NCBI GenBank assembly: GCA_031367385.1
Contig: JANLPS010000321.1
Location: 1-14,328 of the forward strand
DNA from: Archangium sp.
GTDB taxonomy: Bacteria; Myxococcota; Myxococcia; Myxococcales; Myxococcaceae
Direction: 5' to 3'
Length of the DNA: 14,328 nt
The notes under the pieces were generated by a model, which saw nothing but the letters and a program-made list of their open reading frames with translations, was not told the DNA's origin and did not search any database. Positions within the stretch are counted from its first letter, which is position 1. Every line of letters starts with the position of its first letter. This document shows, in pieces, positions 14,016 to 14,328 of the stretch. The translations under genes and the position numbers were made by a program.

Positions 14016-14328
14016 TGCGAAACGTGATGCTCATCGCTCGACGCGAGCTGCAGGCGTACCTGCGCACCATGAGCGGCTACATCATCTTCGCGCTGATGCT
14101 GCTGGCCGATGGTCTGTGGTTCAACGTCTTCGCCGTGCCCGGGCCGGGTAAGAAATCGGCTGAGGTGCTGGCGCTGTTCTTCACCGGCTCATCGGGCATC
14201 ACGCTGATCGGCTCGGTCTTCATCTCGATGCGGCTGCTCGCTGAGGAGCGCGCGACGGGCACCATCACCCTGCTCTACTCGTCACCGGTACATGACCTCG
14301 AGATCGTGCTCGGCAAGTACCTCTCGGC
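14015..14328 (+). CDS. ABC-2 transporter permease (GldF-like), partial
   Basis: TGATG coupling and AAGGAG at 14001-14006; MRNVMLIARRELQAYLRT...SMRLLAEERATGTITLLYSSPV...EIVLGKYLS; runs off the window's right edge. Confidence 0.92.

Overview
High-GC, myxobacterial-looking (Myxococcota-like) window, judged from DAG-linker/RCC1 lipoproteins, a membrane Ser/Thr kinase with TPRs and a GldA/GldF-like ABC pair. It mixes housekeeping-type genes (kinase-YdjC, CPBP protease, ABC transporter) with accessory genes. The clearest highlight is an intact MenA1-MenT1-like toxin-antitoxin pair (4559-5343) that closely resembles M. tuberculosis Rv0078B-Rv0078A as recalled from memory. It lies divergent from a second nucleotidyltransferase TA locus (3786-4071) whose toxin has been almost entirely deleted while the small partner gene survives. 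Two signal-peptide-less orphan genes (4115-4474 and 10998-13061) carry sigma28/FliA-like promoter motifs and may be secreted effectors. Several genes appear leaderless. Also present are a frameshifted, truncated DUF4333-like lipoprotein relic (9807-9957), a 14-repeat RCC1 lipoprotein, an 8-Cys mini-lipoprotein with a membrane partner, and a 21-bp-periodic intergenic tract. All family calls are by motif recognition only; no searches were run.
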